Source: Octopus vulgaris (taxonomy: Eukaryota). From it: DNA of 64,000 nucleotides. The position numbers were made by a program, and so were the translations under genes. The notes under the pieces are model-generated. The model did no database searches. It saw nothing but the letters and a program-made list of their open reading frames with translations, and had not been told where the DNA came from. Shown here in pieces: positions 1 through 12,271 of this stretch (within the stretch, counting starts at the first letter, position 1; each line of letters opens with the position of its first letter). The stretch covers positions 81,034,001-81,098,000 of the forward strand of contig OX597824.1 of assembly GCA_951406725.2 (NCBI GenBank), written 5' to 3'.

Positions 1-39
1 TATATATAATATTTGTTTTGTAACGAATATTTTAAATTT

Positions 40-169
40 TTACTTGTTTCAATCATTTGACTGTGGCCATGCGGAAGCACCGCCTTTCGTCGAAAAAAAT
101 CAACCCCAGAACTTCTTTGTAAGCCTAATACCTATTCTGTCGTTCTCTCTTCCCGAAGGGCTAAGTTAC
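40..169 (-). mobile_element. 3' fragment of tRNA-derived SINE family A
   Basis: Reverse complement of the family A tail (ggcggtgctccagcatggccgcagtcaaatgactgaaacaagtaaa) seen in full copies at 7285 and 34786. Confidence 0.8.
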
Positions 170-170
170 A

Positions 171-380
171 TTGTGACCTCATGTGTACCGTTAGCGTTTT
201 TTTCCCTCTGCCTTCCCTTCTCTGGATCTTTCCTTCTCCTCTGTTTCCGAAGAAGAGCTCCGCTCTAAACGTTAAACCCTCTTTCTTTCCTTCTTTCCTG
301 AGCGTCCAATAATACTATATTTGTTCCACGTCCTCGCGTTGTTGTGTTTTTTTTTGTGCTTTCTTGTTTGGATTAACTAC
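171..380 (+). mobile_element. Penelope-like pseudo-LTR fragment with degenerate minimal hammerhead motif (243-277)
   Basis: gttt-CCGAAGA-a-gagc-tcc-gctc-TAAA-cg-TT-aaac follows type I minimal hammerhead topology with two core mutations; the fragment ends in (TA)n. Confidence 0.55.
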
Positions 381-396
381 ATATATATATATATAA

Positions 397-908
397 TAGT
401 TATCGCCATACTAATATGGCATTCTTATAAAAATAAGAAAAAAGCTGTCCGCTTATTAGCTCCATGAGGCCATCGCCTTAAGTTAGCTATTTGATACACA
501 AACTGTATCCATATAACCTTCGAGGTCAGTCGCTCCAACTACTTGACCGGCAGCTACAGACGCGTTTCGGAGTATTGCCCTTTCAATGCAGCGTAGCCAG
601 CCAGTAGGTGTCCTTCCGACAATCTCTGTTCGATGGTTTATTTACTTTTCGACCGGAAATATTAAAATTACAGTTATCGCCATACATTCTTATAAAAATA
701 AGAAAAGCTGTCCGCTTATTAGCTACAGACGCGTCTGTAGCTGCCGGTCAAGTAGTGTGTAGCGACTGACCTCCCTTGTTCGAAGGTTATATGGATACAG
801 TTTGTGTATCAAATAGCTAACTTAAGGCGATGGCCTCATGGAGCTAATAAGCGGACAGCTTTTTTCTTATTTTTATAAGAATGCCATATTAGTATGGCGA
901 TAACTATT
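397..908. mobile_element. Fold-back Penelope-like pseudo-LTR insertion
   Basis: About 397-565 is inverted at about 730-908; hammerhead-like motif at 553-592 on the minus strand; same family at 57523-57758; flanked by (TA)n. Confidence 0.7.
553..592 (-). ncRNA. Minimal hammerhead ribozyme-like motif (U3 variant)
   Basis: Minus strand gctgca-TTGAAA-gggcaatactcc-GAAA-cgcg-TC-tgtagc: 6-bp stem I with one G-U, palindromic ACGCGT stem III; core is 1 nt shorter than in the 57635 copy. Confidence 0.5.
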
Positions 909-967
909 ATTTTCCGGGAACGCTGCCGCTGTTCTCTTTTAGAGAGACTTAGTAATTTTAATATTTC

Positions 968-1036
<69 letters not shown>

Positions 1037-1207
1037 ATATATATATATATATTTATAGGAGGAAGTAAGAAAAATCAACGAAAATGCACATTGTAAATAA
1101 AAAAAGTAAAGACTTTTTATGAAAAGTAACGAAAGGTATATACAATTAGAAGAACTGAGGTAGTAATAAAAGTAATAAAAGTCATTATTGTGACATCATT
1201 AAAGAGA

Positions 1208-1252
1208 TTCAAGCATACCGCGGTTTCGTAAGTTACTATTCATTGCTTTGAA
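1208..1252 (-). ncRNA. Minimal hammerhead ribozyme-like motif (A3-U8 variant)
   Basis: Minus strand ttcaaagca-ATGAATA-gtaacttac-GAAA-ccgcgg-TA-tgcttgaa: stems I and II plus palindromic ACCGCGGT stem III; lies 3' of the GIY-YIG ORF on the same strand. Confidence 0.6.
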
Positions 1253-1439
1253 TGCACTCCGATTAATGAACGGTGTCAGGTCTAATAGTTCCTGAGTAAA
1301 AAGATTATTTGTCAGGGAGGGAAGTAGTTCTGGATTTGGTGCAATTAGGTTAGATATAGAATTGAAATGTGAATGGTGTAAGGGATGTAAGGGGTTTAGT
1401 GGTATTAATTAAAAGGTTAGTAGTGTTCTGTAAAATGTT

Positions 1440-1970
1440 AAGTGTTCATATTTATAGATGAAAATTGCCTCTTTATTCATTCTTTGTTGCATTCAGGTGT
1501 TCTGTGAACATTGATAGAAGGGGAAAATTTGGAAATTAGGATTAAGATTCCTAGCACATCTCTATGTGTTCACTAACCTGTAACTGTCTGTATTGTGGGT
1601 AGCTGATTTGTTCTTTGTGGATAGTAGTTCTTCGACGGAGTGATATTCCTGTTTGCCCAATATAGTTGTTACCACATCCCAAGCAGGTCATGGCATAGAT
1701 TGGATTTTCCGAGGTACAGGTGAAATTTGATTTGATCTTAAATATTTCACATTGTTTAAAGTGGAATTCTGAACCCTCCAAAAGGTGGGGGCCTGTTCCA
1801 CAGTTAGGACGACCACATTTTTTCACTTTTGGCTCTGTTGTTAATGGATATAGTCTTGCGCTGGATAATATTTTTTCAGTGACTTCGGTTGCATTTTGCT
1901 TTTTAGAATTTTGTATGAGCTTAAGCATTAACAACAGAGAATTTATAATCACCACCACCAACATCCACAC
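1440..1970 (-). pseudogene. Penelope-like element GIY-YIG endonuclease remnant (Neptune-like Cys-rich linker)
   Basis: ORF 1551-1970 reads KCGRPNCGT...FTCTSENPIYAMTCLGCGNNYIGQTGISLRRRTTIH; continues past stops as FQIFPFYQC..RMNKEAIFI. Confidence 0.85.
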
Positions 1971-1978
1971 CCTTCCCG

Positions 1979-2383
1979 TTGTCGTGCAGCTACTGTTTAT
2001 ACTTCGTTCAGAGGTTTATTATTGCTTGTTTACACTTTTTCGAGATCAGTGACTTTTCGTCACTGGAAAAAGGATATATGTGTTTGGATTGGGACCCCTT
2101 CGCATCGAAGACCGGTGATTGTCGTGCGCTGACGACGGGTAAATACCCAGAAACTCGGGTCCGTGCATATCACGTCAGGTCGACGGTGGGGAAGGATGGC
2201 TTCCCTTTGCAAATACTGACAGAGCACAAAAAGTGTGTCAATAGCCAGCTGGAGAAGATGTTCTCCTGGGGCTACAAGCTACAGTAGCATCCACCCTTAG
2301 TGGTTAACCACATTTAAGTGACAATTATACTTCACATTGTCGTGCAGCTACTGTTTATACCTCGTTCAGATATTTATTATTAC
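1979..2383. repeat. About 45-bp direct repeat with 358-bp period next to the Penelope ORF
   Basis: ttgtcgtgcagctactgtttatac(t/c)tcgttcaga..tttattatt at 1979 and 2337. Confidence 0.75.
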
Positions 2384-2404
2384 TATATATATATATATAT
2401 ATAT

Positions 2405-2749
2405 AATTAGTGTCCATTTATACACAAAAAGGTGACCCTAAATAGGACACTTTACATGCTAAAAGGAGCAGTCAAAGCCCAAACCACGGTTAAGAGTAAT
2501 TTCGAAGGTGATGAAAAATAAAAACATTTTCAATAGTTACCACTTCTACCTAAGTTTCACACATTAATGAACAAATAAAATAAAATAAAATTTTGTTCAT
2601 TAAGTACAAGTGGTAACTATTGAAAATGTTTTTATTCTTCATTACCTTCGAAATTACTCTTAACGGTGGTTTGATTTTTGACTGTTCCTTTTAGCATGTA
2701 AGGTGTCCTATTTAGGGTCACCTCTTTTGTGTATAAACTTATACTAATT
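2405..2749. repeat. Long imperfect inverted repeat (about 140-bp arms)
   Basis: 2405-2545 is reverse-complementary to 2608-2749; inner hairpin ttaatgaacaaa/tttgttcattaa. Confidence 0.85.
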
Positions 2750-2854
2750 TTATATGAAAAAAATGTCTGTTGACTATTATATGTATGCTAGCCACTGGTA
2801 GAAAAATTTCTCTAATACATTCATACATACATACATTCGTGTATATATATATAT

Positions 2855-2946
2855 CCGGTTCTTGACTGGAGATTAGAGGCTTCGAATGACCCGTCCGTGT
2901 TTTTTGTATCGTCTATTTGAATGGTTTGCGTTCTTGTCCCATTTTG

Positions 2947-2950
<4 letters not shown>
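2855..2950 (+). mobile_element. Diverged fragment of the 54095-55210 repeat family, opposite orientation
   Basis: ccggttcttgactggagattagaggcttcgaatgacccgtccgtg aligns by eye with the reverse complement of 54100-54204. Confidence 0.7.
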
Positions 2951-3002
<52 letters not shown>

Positions 3003-3007
3003 GTGTG

Positions 3008-3038
<31 letters not shown>

Positions 3039-3798
3039 ACGTACACACACATACACACACATATAGATATAGGTATATATGTATATGTGTATATATATAC
3101 AAATATGTTTTTGTTCTTGTGTGTGTGTGTGTGGTGTACGCATCGACATTGCAAAGTGTTTTCAAATAAGCATTAAATAAGTATCACAACGCGTAGAGAA
3201 TAACACTTTTTGATATTCAATCCATCATCTTTCGTTCGGATGTTAAACCGGAAAGCAATAGACACGCACGAAAGGATATATACATACACATACACATACG
3301 CGAACTGCACAAATACACACACACATACACGCACACACACGCTTATTTTCAACTTGTTCCTTCATTCATTTGCACATATGTATATTATAAATATATACAC
3401 GTATATATATATACATATGTATGTAAATCGCTTTTATATTTGTGTACATTTTTCTAAGTGTTTGTCTTAGTCTGTGTGTGTGTCTATGTTAATAGGTATG
3501 ACTTGCATATTATCATGTGCATAAGTGGTGACAGAGCCAGATGAATAACGAGGTATTTATATATATATCTTTACAAACGAAGCAATGATAGAATGTATAC
3601 CGTAGAGTTTATTGGACTTTCATTAACTGCCACGCGAAGGCAGCTCACATCTGTGCAGATTTCCATTAAGCTATGAACACTCTTCTCATAAACGTCCAAA
3701 TACAAGTATATACAAATATATATATATCTATATATGTATGTGTGTAGTATGCATATTGTTTATATACAAGTTATACATATACATAGATATATTTGAAT

Positions 3799-3850
<52 letters not shown>

Positions 3851-4481
3851 ATATACATCATATATATTATATATATATTATATATATATTATATATATAT
3901 ATATGTAAATATTATATGCATATATATTGGAGAATAGATATATTTATATACATGTATGCATATACATATGTTCATATCTATATGTATATCTATCCATACC
4001 TATATTCATATGTGAGTGTGTGTGTGTATACATGCACATACATAAATACATATATACATACATACATACATGCATATATACACACGCTCGCACACACGTA
4101 TATAAATATATCGTACACATCGTTGCTAATAGTTTCATTAAAATCACAACACGCCCACTCAATCATAAAAATATATATGACAATCGATCTTCGATTGAAA
4201 CGCAGTAACACGCATGAATATAAATTTTCATGATGTTCGAATGGCTTCTATCAGGATTTTGTGAATCTGAGTTCTTCGAAATATACAGACATTTTTAGCC
4301 TTTTTGGCTGATCTGGGCAATTTCCTTTAGATTTTCTAGAAATAAATGAAAATAATGGAGTCTAGAAATAAATAGAAAATTACGTGGCAGAATTTCAGAA
4401 ATTATTTTTATGGTAGGAAAAAAATGGAAGAGTTCCTGAAGAAAGTTATATTATGGGATAATAAAAAAATACTGTGTGGAG

Positions 4482-4568
4482 CAGCGGTTCCCAGCCTTTT
4501 TACAGTGGTTCGTAGCACTACCTTTGCGGACCACAAGGGGTCCGCGCACTCTAGGTTAGGAACCACTG
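4482..4568. mobile_element. hAT/Charlie-like MITE
   Basis: TIRs cagcggttccca / taggaaccactg; degenerate 8-bp flanks gtgtggag / gtttagaa. Confidence 0.55.
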
Positions 4569-5074
4569 GTTTAGAATGTTGTGGCGAAAGTATTTGATAA
4601 AACAAATGAGTAAATGGTGAGTGTGTGATAAGTCAATGTTAATCTGTTTCATCTGGGTTGCTTTACACTTCAAACGCACTTGTGGAAATGGTTGCACCTC
4701 GTAGAATGTTCCGATCTTGTTTGTTGATAATAATCAGTATAGTAGATGGTATTCAAGTTTCATCGTTTCGCTGCTGTACGTAATTCGCACATTTTATAAT
4801 CCATTTATCTACGGAATTATTTTGGGTATTTTCCATTTAATGTCTAAGCAATTATCTAATTCTTTTAAGAGCTAAGAATAAAACAATAATGATTTCCGCT
4901 TCTTTGAATAGAATTTTTTTTCTCTATATGGTGTGGCTTAGCTTTGTCCACCTTATTTCTGCATCTTATATAATCGATTCTGCATGATATTTCTGATCGC
5001 ACTGGCATGCATTAGTGTTTCAGGATGTAAATTTAACCTTTATTAAATTTCTTGGCTTCTGTAGTATATATATA

Positions 5075-5580
5075 CTAGCGCTATGACCCGGCGTTGCTGG
5101 GTCTAATGCTAGTGCTTGTTGTTTGTTTCCGGGTCGCAGTAAAAATTTCTCACTAAATCAAGAGCTAAGTTTCTTATCACATATCAGCCCGATCCAGTTT
5201 TGTTGTTTATGTGCTAGTTGGAGCTTTTTATGAGAGTAATTAATATTCATTGGACTTTGGTTTTCACACCTGGAACGGCATAATCATGGAAAATTAGCGG
5301 GACTGTGCACATTCCATTAGTCGGACAAAAAAGGAAGCAGAAGAAAGTGAAAAACTCGAATTTGACCGCAAAATAACTTATGGGCATAAGGGGGTCGGTT
5401 TATCGATTTTTTAATGACTTTCTGGGGTGACTGGGGAAATGAAAAGATCTTCCCGACCACCCTCACACAGTTTTGAAAGCCCATAGAAAATGCGAGCTTT
5501 TTACGTGAAAACCTAAATTTGTATAAAGGACACTTAGGCACACAGATACACAGACATTTTACCGTTTATGGATATAGAGA
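5075..5580 (-). mobile_element. Non-autonomous Helitron
   Basis: Minus strand starts A|TCTCTATAT and ends with hairpin gacccagcaacgccgggtc then CTAG|T. Confidence 0.75.
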
Positions 5581-6830
5581 TTTTAACTTCAAGGTGCAAT
5601 TCGAAACCCAGTTTTGTTGAAGAGATTTCTGAGGAAGCGGCTTATCATGTAAGACTTTAGAAATTTTTGGAAATATATCATTCGAATTTTAGGGAAAAAT
5701 TTGGTGTGACCCAGATAAAGTTACCTAATACTTCTTTATTGTTAGAAAGTGGAGGGTGTTTGTACATACTCACCAAACATTTCTGTCAGCTGTTTAAAAT
5801 CTTCATCCATTCATCTCATTGAGCTCAGAGGGGGTTTTATCAATTTATTGCATGGATAATCACACTTGATCAAAGATTTTCAATTCACTATATATTACGG
5901 ATGTGAGACTCTATCATATTTGTATTTAACAATTTTTACAAAACCATATCTTTCATTCATGAAATAAGCATGAAGTGTTCAAACTGAAGGAAAGGTAGTG
6001 AAAAGTCGATTAAGATAGACTCTAGTTTCTGAATAATACCTATTTCATCGTTCTCAGTGTTGACCTAGACTGGTTTCGAACTGGTTTGAAAGAATCTGTA
6101 GCGAACGACCGCAGTGCACTTTTTCGGTTTACAGCCTAACCAAATCTACCTAAACGCTGTCGTCATTATAATATTAATGACTTTTTCTCTGCATCATAAT
6201 TTTTCTCATTTTTTTTAATGAGAAAAACATTAGAAAATTCTTTGGTGATAAATCATGTATTGTGAGTATTGAACGAAAATAATCTTATTTATTATTCATA
6301 ATATAACCATGCATTTATCTAGTTTTATTTTATTTAATCTCCCTAAATATACAGGCGTTAAGTATTGTGAGTTTTGTTAAATACCTTTAAAACTATAATA
6401 CAAAAGTCACACACACACACACACACACACAAGCATGCGTACACATATATGTATACATATACACACGAAGGAACAAACAAACAAAAATAATAAAATGCAC
6501 ACATACAACAAAAATGAAACAGAAAGGTCGTTCACCATCAAAAAAGAATAACTTATAGAAAAAAAAGAGAAGATTTTAATGTGCGACTTTTCATCCTTTA
6601 TTGACTCAAAACATTGGAGAGCACCAAATTACACTACCGCCAGTAATATCAAAAGTATAACCACATTTAAACCATTCATTATTACTATTATTAACTCAGT
6701 GCATTTGATTGTGCAAAGCATAATAATATCTGGGGGAAAATAATCGTTAAAAAAAATACGTGCACGTACGAAAATATATTCGTACACACACACATATATA
6801 TAGCTTTATGCATATGTATATATGTATGTA

Positions 6831-6894
<64 letters not shown>

Positions 6895-7284
6895 TTATGC
6901 ATATGTATATATATATCTTTATGCATATGTATATATATATCTTTATGCATATGTATATATATATATATATATATATGTAGTCAAAACATTGGTATATTTT
7001 GGTAAAGTCTGAGAGAGAATACAATACAGTACCTATAATGCTCGGGGTTACTCCAGTGTATTCCAGATGGCGTATGAGGAAGCTTTAGTCATTTTTAACC
7101 GCAATGCACCCAATTATACGGATTCAATTATCTGGAGATCTTATTGTTGCAGTTTATTGCTGTTGTATCATTGTCGTTCTCTTTTACAAACATTTCGAGT
7201 GTCTATGTTCCCTACGATATGAAACCGTAAGCGCTTTCGCCTTCGTTGTTGTAGTTGCTACGAGTTTCATATATATATATATAT

Positions 7285-7660
7285 AGGCGCAGGAGTGGCT
7301 GTGTGGTAAGTAGCTTATTTACCAGCCACATGGTTCCGGGTTCAGTCCTACTGCGTGGCACCTTGGGCCGACCAATGCCTTGTGAGTGGATTTGGTAGAC
7401 GGAAACTGAAAGAAGCCCGTCGTATATATGTATATATATATATATATATGCGCGTGTGTGTTTGTGTGAGTGTCTTTGTCCCCCTAGCATGGCTTGACAA
7501 CCGATGCTGGTGTGTTTATGTCCCCGTTACTTAGCGGTTCGGCAAAAGAGACCGATAGAATAAGTACTGGGCTTACAAAAGAATAAGTCCCGGGGTCGAG
7601 TTGCTCGATTAAAGGCGGTGCTCCAGCATGGCCGCAGTCAAATGACTGAAACAAGTAAAG
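7285..7660 (+). mobile_element. tRNA-derived SINE family A with internal (TA)n(TG)n
   Basis: A box tggctgtgtgg, B box ggttcagtcc, conserved body and tail shared with many copies in the window. Confidence 0.9.
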
Positions 7661-7699
7661 CATAAGAGTATATATATATATACACATATATATATACAC

Positions 7700-7743
<44 letters not shown>

Positions 7744-7798
7744 ATGTGTATATATATATATGTGTGTATGTGCGTGTATATATATATGTATCTATATG

Positions 7799-7853
<55 letters not shown>

Positions 7854-8199
7854 GTATAAATATATCACTCATAAAATACAGTGTACATTTATACACATAA
7901 GAGGAATCCACTCATGGGATTCCTCACGCTAGAAAGAACAGCTAGGTTCTAAAACCACAAAATTAGGGATAAAATTCCGAAAGGAACGAAATGAAAACTA
8001 AAACGTTTACCGTCGAGTTTCCTGGACCAATCGGTTTCTGATTTTAATTTAGCAAATAAGAAAATTTGCTAGGTGAAATCGTTAACAACAGGTACACCTC
8101 AGATTAAATATATAACCACGAAGCAGTCAATTATATGTATCTTGTTTATATATCCTAATTTTTTCAAATCTACTGAACTAATTAACTCTCTCTCTCCCT

Positions 8200-8251
<52 letters not shown>

Positions 8252-8397
8252 CAAGTATACGACTTAATAGCTGTATAGGTATGGCTGTAGAGTTAATTAG
8301 TTTAGTTTTCAAATACACGGTTCCACATTTGTTTCGACTGTGCGGAACTTTAGGCATATTTCTGCCATAGCGTTGTGATCTGTCGTCATATGAACTA

Positions 8398-8549
8398 CAC
8401 TGGCGAAAATAAATTTATGCATCATTCGAAAGAGAAATAAATTCTGCATAAGGTGTAAAAGATAGAAATAATTTGTATGGTGTTATTAACAAAATATTTT
8501 GTAAGAAATAGAACTTTTATCATCGGTCTTAAATTTTGTTTCGCCAGTG
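8398..8549. mobile_element. Tc1/mariner-type MITE
   Basis: TA-cactggcgaaaataaattta ... taaattttgtttcgccagtg-TA. Confidence 0.7.
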
Positions 8550-9765
8550 TAAGTTTTAATCTTTGGTATACTCAAATTTAGTTGATAGCATTTTTGGAGA
8601 AATATAATTTGCATAATTATAGTGAAAAGAGGGGAAATCAGAGAAAGTAACTTAAATATCTCAAAATGAACTTGGCTTCTATTGATTAACGTACACGTGA
8701 AACTCTTAATTCTTAAGACCCTCCACCCATGCTCAATTTGAAATATCGTTGTATTGATTTGTCACTTAAACCAAACAGCTAAGTCATGGGACGCATAACT
8801 TGTCGAGCAGATGGGAGAAAACCTGTGATACAATAACACACAACATAAGCTTACACCTATATAAATATACGATGGACTTCCACGCAGTTTCATTCTACCT
8901 AATTTACTTACAACAACATATTGGGCCATCTAGGGCTATAGTAGATGCTACTCACCCAATGAGATTGAATAGGAAACCGCATAGTTGTAAACGGTTCATA
9001 TTAGCTACTCAGTAAGACCTGTGCCTATAATGTCCATATCTGTTACATAAAATAGTCCAGTATTACCTTATTATGTAACCAAACCGCTCCCTTTCCGTTT
9101 CCACCTTTAAATAATATATTTCCCACCCAGCCATATTTCGCCGAAAATATTTCTTAATTTGATGCTTTGTATACGTAATGCAAATGGGTAATTCGCTAAC
9201 ATTTCATTTCAAAGGCCATTATGGTTTTCTCAATTTCAACCTCTAACCATCCGTTCATTGTCACAGATTAAAATACAATGAAAATTACTATTGCCCTTAA
9301 AAAAGGATTTTTGATCCTCATTGTATAATCTGATAATATTTCTAAACAGGGTCTAACCTTATTCGAGTCACTCTAGACGCAGGAATCTGGCATTTGCTTT
9401 CCTTCTTTGATCTGACATTTTCCATTGCTTGTATTTTCAAATATTCAAATCTATCAAATAGCTTCATGTGGTTTACTGAATTGCTTACAGACGCGTGCAA
9501 ATGAATGTACATACGTGCGTATGTAGGTATGTATGCATGTATATATGTATGTATATGTGTATGTATGTATGTAAGTGTGCATGTATGTATGTTTATTAAT
9601 AGAAATGTGCGTGTGCATATATGTATATATGTATATATATGCACGTATGCATCTATGTATGTATGGAAGTATGTATGCATGTATGAAGATATATATATAT
9701 ATATGCAGGTATGTATGTTTGTTCATAGGAATGTGTGTATGTATAGATGTATGAATATATCCATC

Positions 9766-9772
9766 TATCTAT

Positions 9773-9851
<79 letters not shown>

Positions 9852-9886
9852 GAGAGAAAATGGGACAGAGAACATGAAAGAGAAAG

Positions 9887-9937
<51 letters not shown>
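9766..9937. repeat. (TATC)n and (GA)n microsatellites
   Basis: Directly visible. Confidence 0.95.
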
Positions 9938-9938
<1 letters not shown>

Positions 9939-10203
9939 TTGAACAGTGATAGATAAATTGATATTAATGTGTTCTTCTGTTATTTTATTTGTTTCACTCA
10001 TTTGAATGAGGCCATGCTGGAGCACCGCCTGTTTATATATACTTTTCACAAAATAAAGCACGCACACACGCACAAAAAAGTAATTAATAGACATAGCAAC
10101 GATATCTGTGTGTGTATGTGTGTATAGTTTCACATACATACATACATACATACATATACATACAATTACATATATATATATATTTATATACATACATACC
10201 TAC

Positions 10204-10247
<44 letters not shown>

Positions 10248-10328
10248 GCGTATGCATGTCTATATCTATATCTATATGTTGATGTAGAACTTCTTTATAT
10301 TTATATGTATATGTTTGTTTGTTTGTTT

Positions 10329-10370
<42 letters not shown>

Positions 10371-10468
10371 ACTTCATAAAAGGCAACGAACACTAAAAAC
10401 ACACAGAAAAACAACAGGCATAGCGTTATTAGCAGAAGAAGCATCAAGATGATTCAATGAAGCATCTT

Positions 10469-10770
10469 CACCACCACCACCACCACCACCACCACCGCCG
10501 CCACCACCACCACTATCACCACCAACACCACCACTGCCGCCGCCACCACCAACACCACCACCACCACCACCACCACCACCAACGCCATCACGACGACGAC
10601 GACCACCACCACCATCACCAATGCCATCACCACCACCACCACCAACGCTATCACCACCACCACCACCACCTCCACCGCCAACACCACCACCACCACCACC
10701 ACCGCCATCACCACCACCACCACCACCACTGCCCCCACCACTACCACCGCAGTCGCCGCCACCAACAACG
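10469..10770. repeat. (CAC)n imperfect trinucleotide tract
   Basis: Directly visible; explains the poly-His, poly-Gly and poly-Val ORFs. Confidence 0.95.
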
Positions 10771-11029
10771 AAAGCATGAAAATTCACTACAGCATCAACA
10801 ACAGTAACACCAGCAACAAATAAAGGTTCCTACCAGACCGAAAATAGCCAAGTTTCGCATTGAATCAATCAGCTATTTCAAGGTTTTACGCAAATGTCTT
10901 TTATTTAGGGAGCAAACTTTGGAGGATTACATATTTCAACAGCATTAAGTACATCCACGTATTTATATATTGTTAAATGTCATCGTGAACTTTATGGCGG
11001 CCTGTAGGGAATGCGGTCTATTGTCAGTT

Positions 11030-11031
<2 letters not shown>

Positions 11032-11122
<91 letters not shown>

Positions 11123-11367
11123 GACACATACATATATACATATATATATATATACATACATATACATTCTTGTATATATATATTTACGTATATGGATGTA
11201 TATATATATATGTGTACACACACACATATATATATGCATGTATATGTATACAGCCATGTATGCATATACATGTATATAAGTTCATATATACCTACATATA
11301 TGCATATATATATATATATATGAATACATTTGTTCGTATGTATGTATCTATCTATGTAGCTCTGTAT

Positions 11368-11398
<31 letters not shown>

Positions 11399-11411
11399 CA
11401 TACATATACAT

Positions 11412-11510
<99 letters not shown>

Positions 11511-11533
11511 CATACATATATATATATATATAT

Positions 11534-11598
<65 letters not shown>
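11032..11598. repeat. Compound (TA)n/(TACA)n microsatellite
   Basis: Directly visible. Confidence 0.95.
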
Positions 11599-11600
<2 letters not shown>

Positions 11601-11871
11601 AATTAAGAGGAGAATTCCAATAGAGTCAGGTACTTGAAAGGTATGCACCTGGTAGGGTTGAGTAATGTGTGCGGTTTCGGCCAATGGTTGGTTGGAGCCC
11701 GAGTTACCAGGTAAGATATTTCGGTATTGCACACTGATAAAAGCAGCGCTACGAGTATTTTACGCCTAAGGAGCTTGTCCATGTTACGTGATACCTCGAA
11801 TAGTAGGTTGTTGGTATACGCTAGGTATACTGTAAGGTGTCCGAGAAGTCACAAATTCCCTTGGTGTATTA

Positions 11872-12257
11872 TAATGAAATAAATAAATATGCGTGATGGA
11901 TAAGATTCAGCTCATTACAGCTGTTTCTAACGTAACTTTTAATGAAGAATGAGAACCATTACATCATTTTAAAAGGCCGTAATCATCAGCACTGACCTGA
12001 GATATCATATTACACTCGAGAATAACATTTTAACGCTTAGTAGTTTTGGTCATTTTCCTTTCATGGCTGGGCTTTGATAGACTCATCACTGCTGCAATTC
12101 CTGGGCTAGCCCTTCGCTCTGTAAAAATTACGTTCTCATCTGTTGATTACGGCCTTTTAAAATGATGTAATATTTCTCATACTTGATTAAAAGTCGCGTA
12201 AGAAACAGGTGTAATGATCTGACAATTATCCATCACGCGTTTGTATTCATTTGATTA
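11872..12257. repeat. Diverged inverted repeat (about 120-bp arms), possibly Penelope-derived
   Basis: attacatcattttaaaaggccgtaatca pairs with tgattacggccttttaaaatgatgtaat; the left arm reads GAAA-cagctg-TA on the minus strand. Confidence 0.8.
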
Positions 12258-12271
12258 ACATATATATATAT

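Noticed and set aside
10374-10807. Gly-rich, His-rich and Val-rich ORFs
   Set aside because: Translations of a (CAC)n tract that is open in several frames, with no non-repetitive coding context.
10963-11732. Long YI/IY-rich ORFs here and throughout the ORF track
   Set aside because: (TA)n microsatellite read-through.
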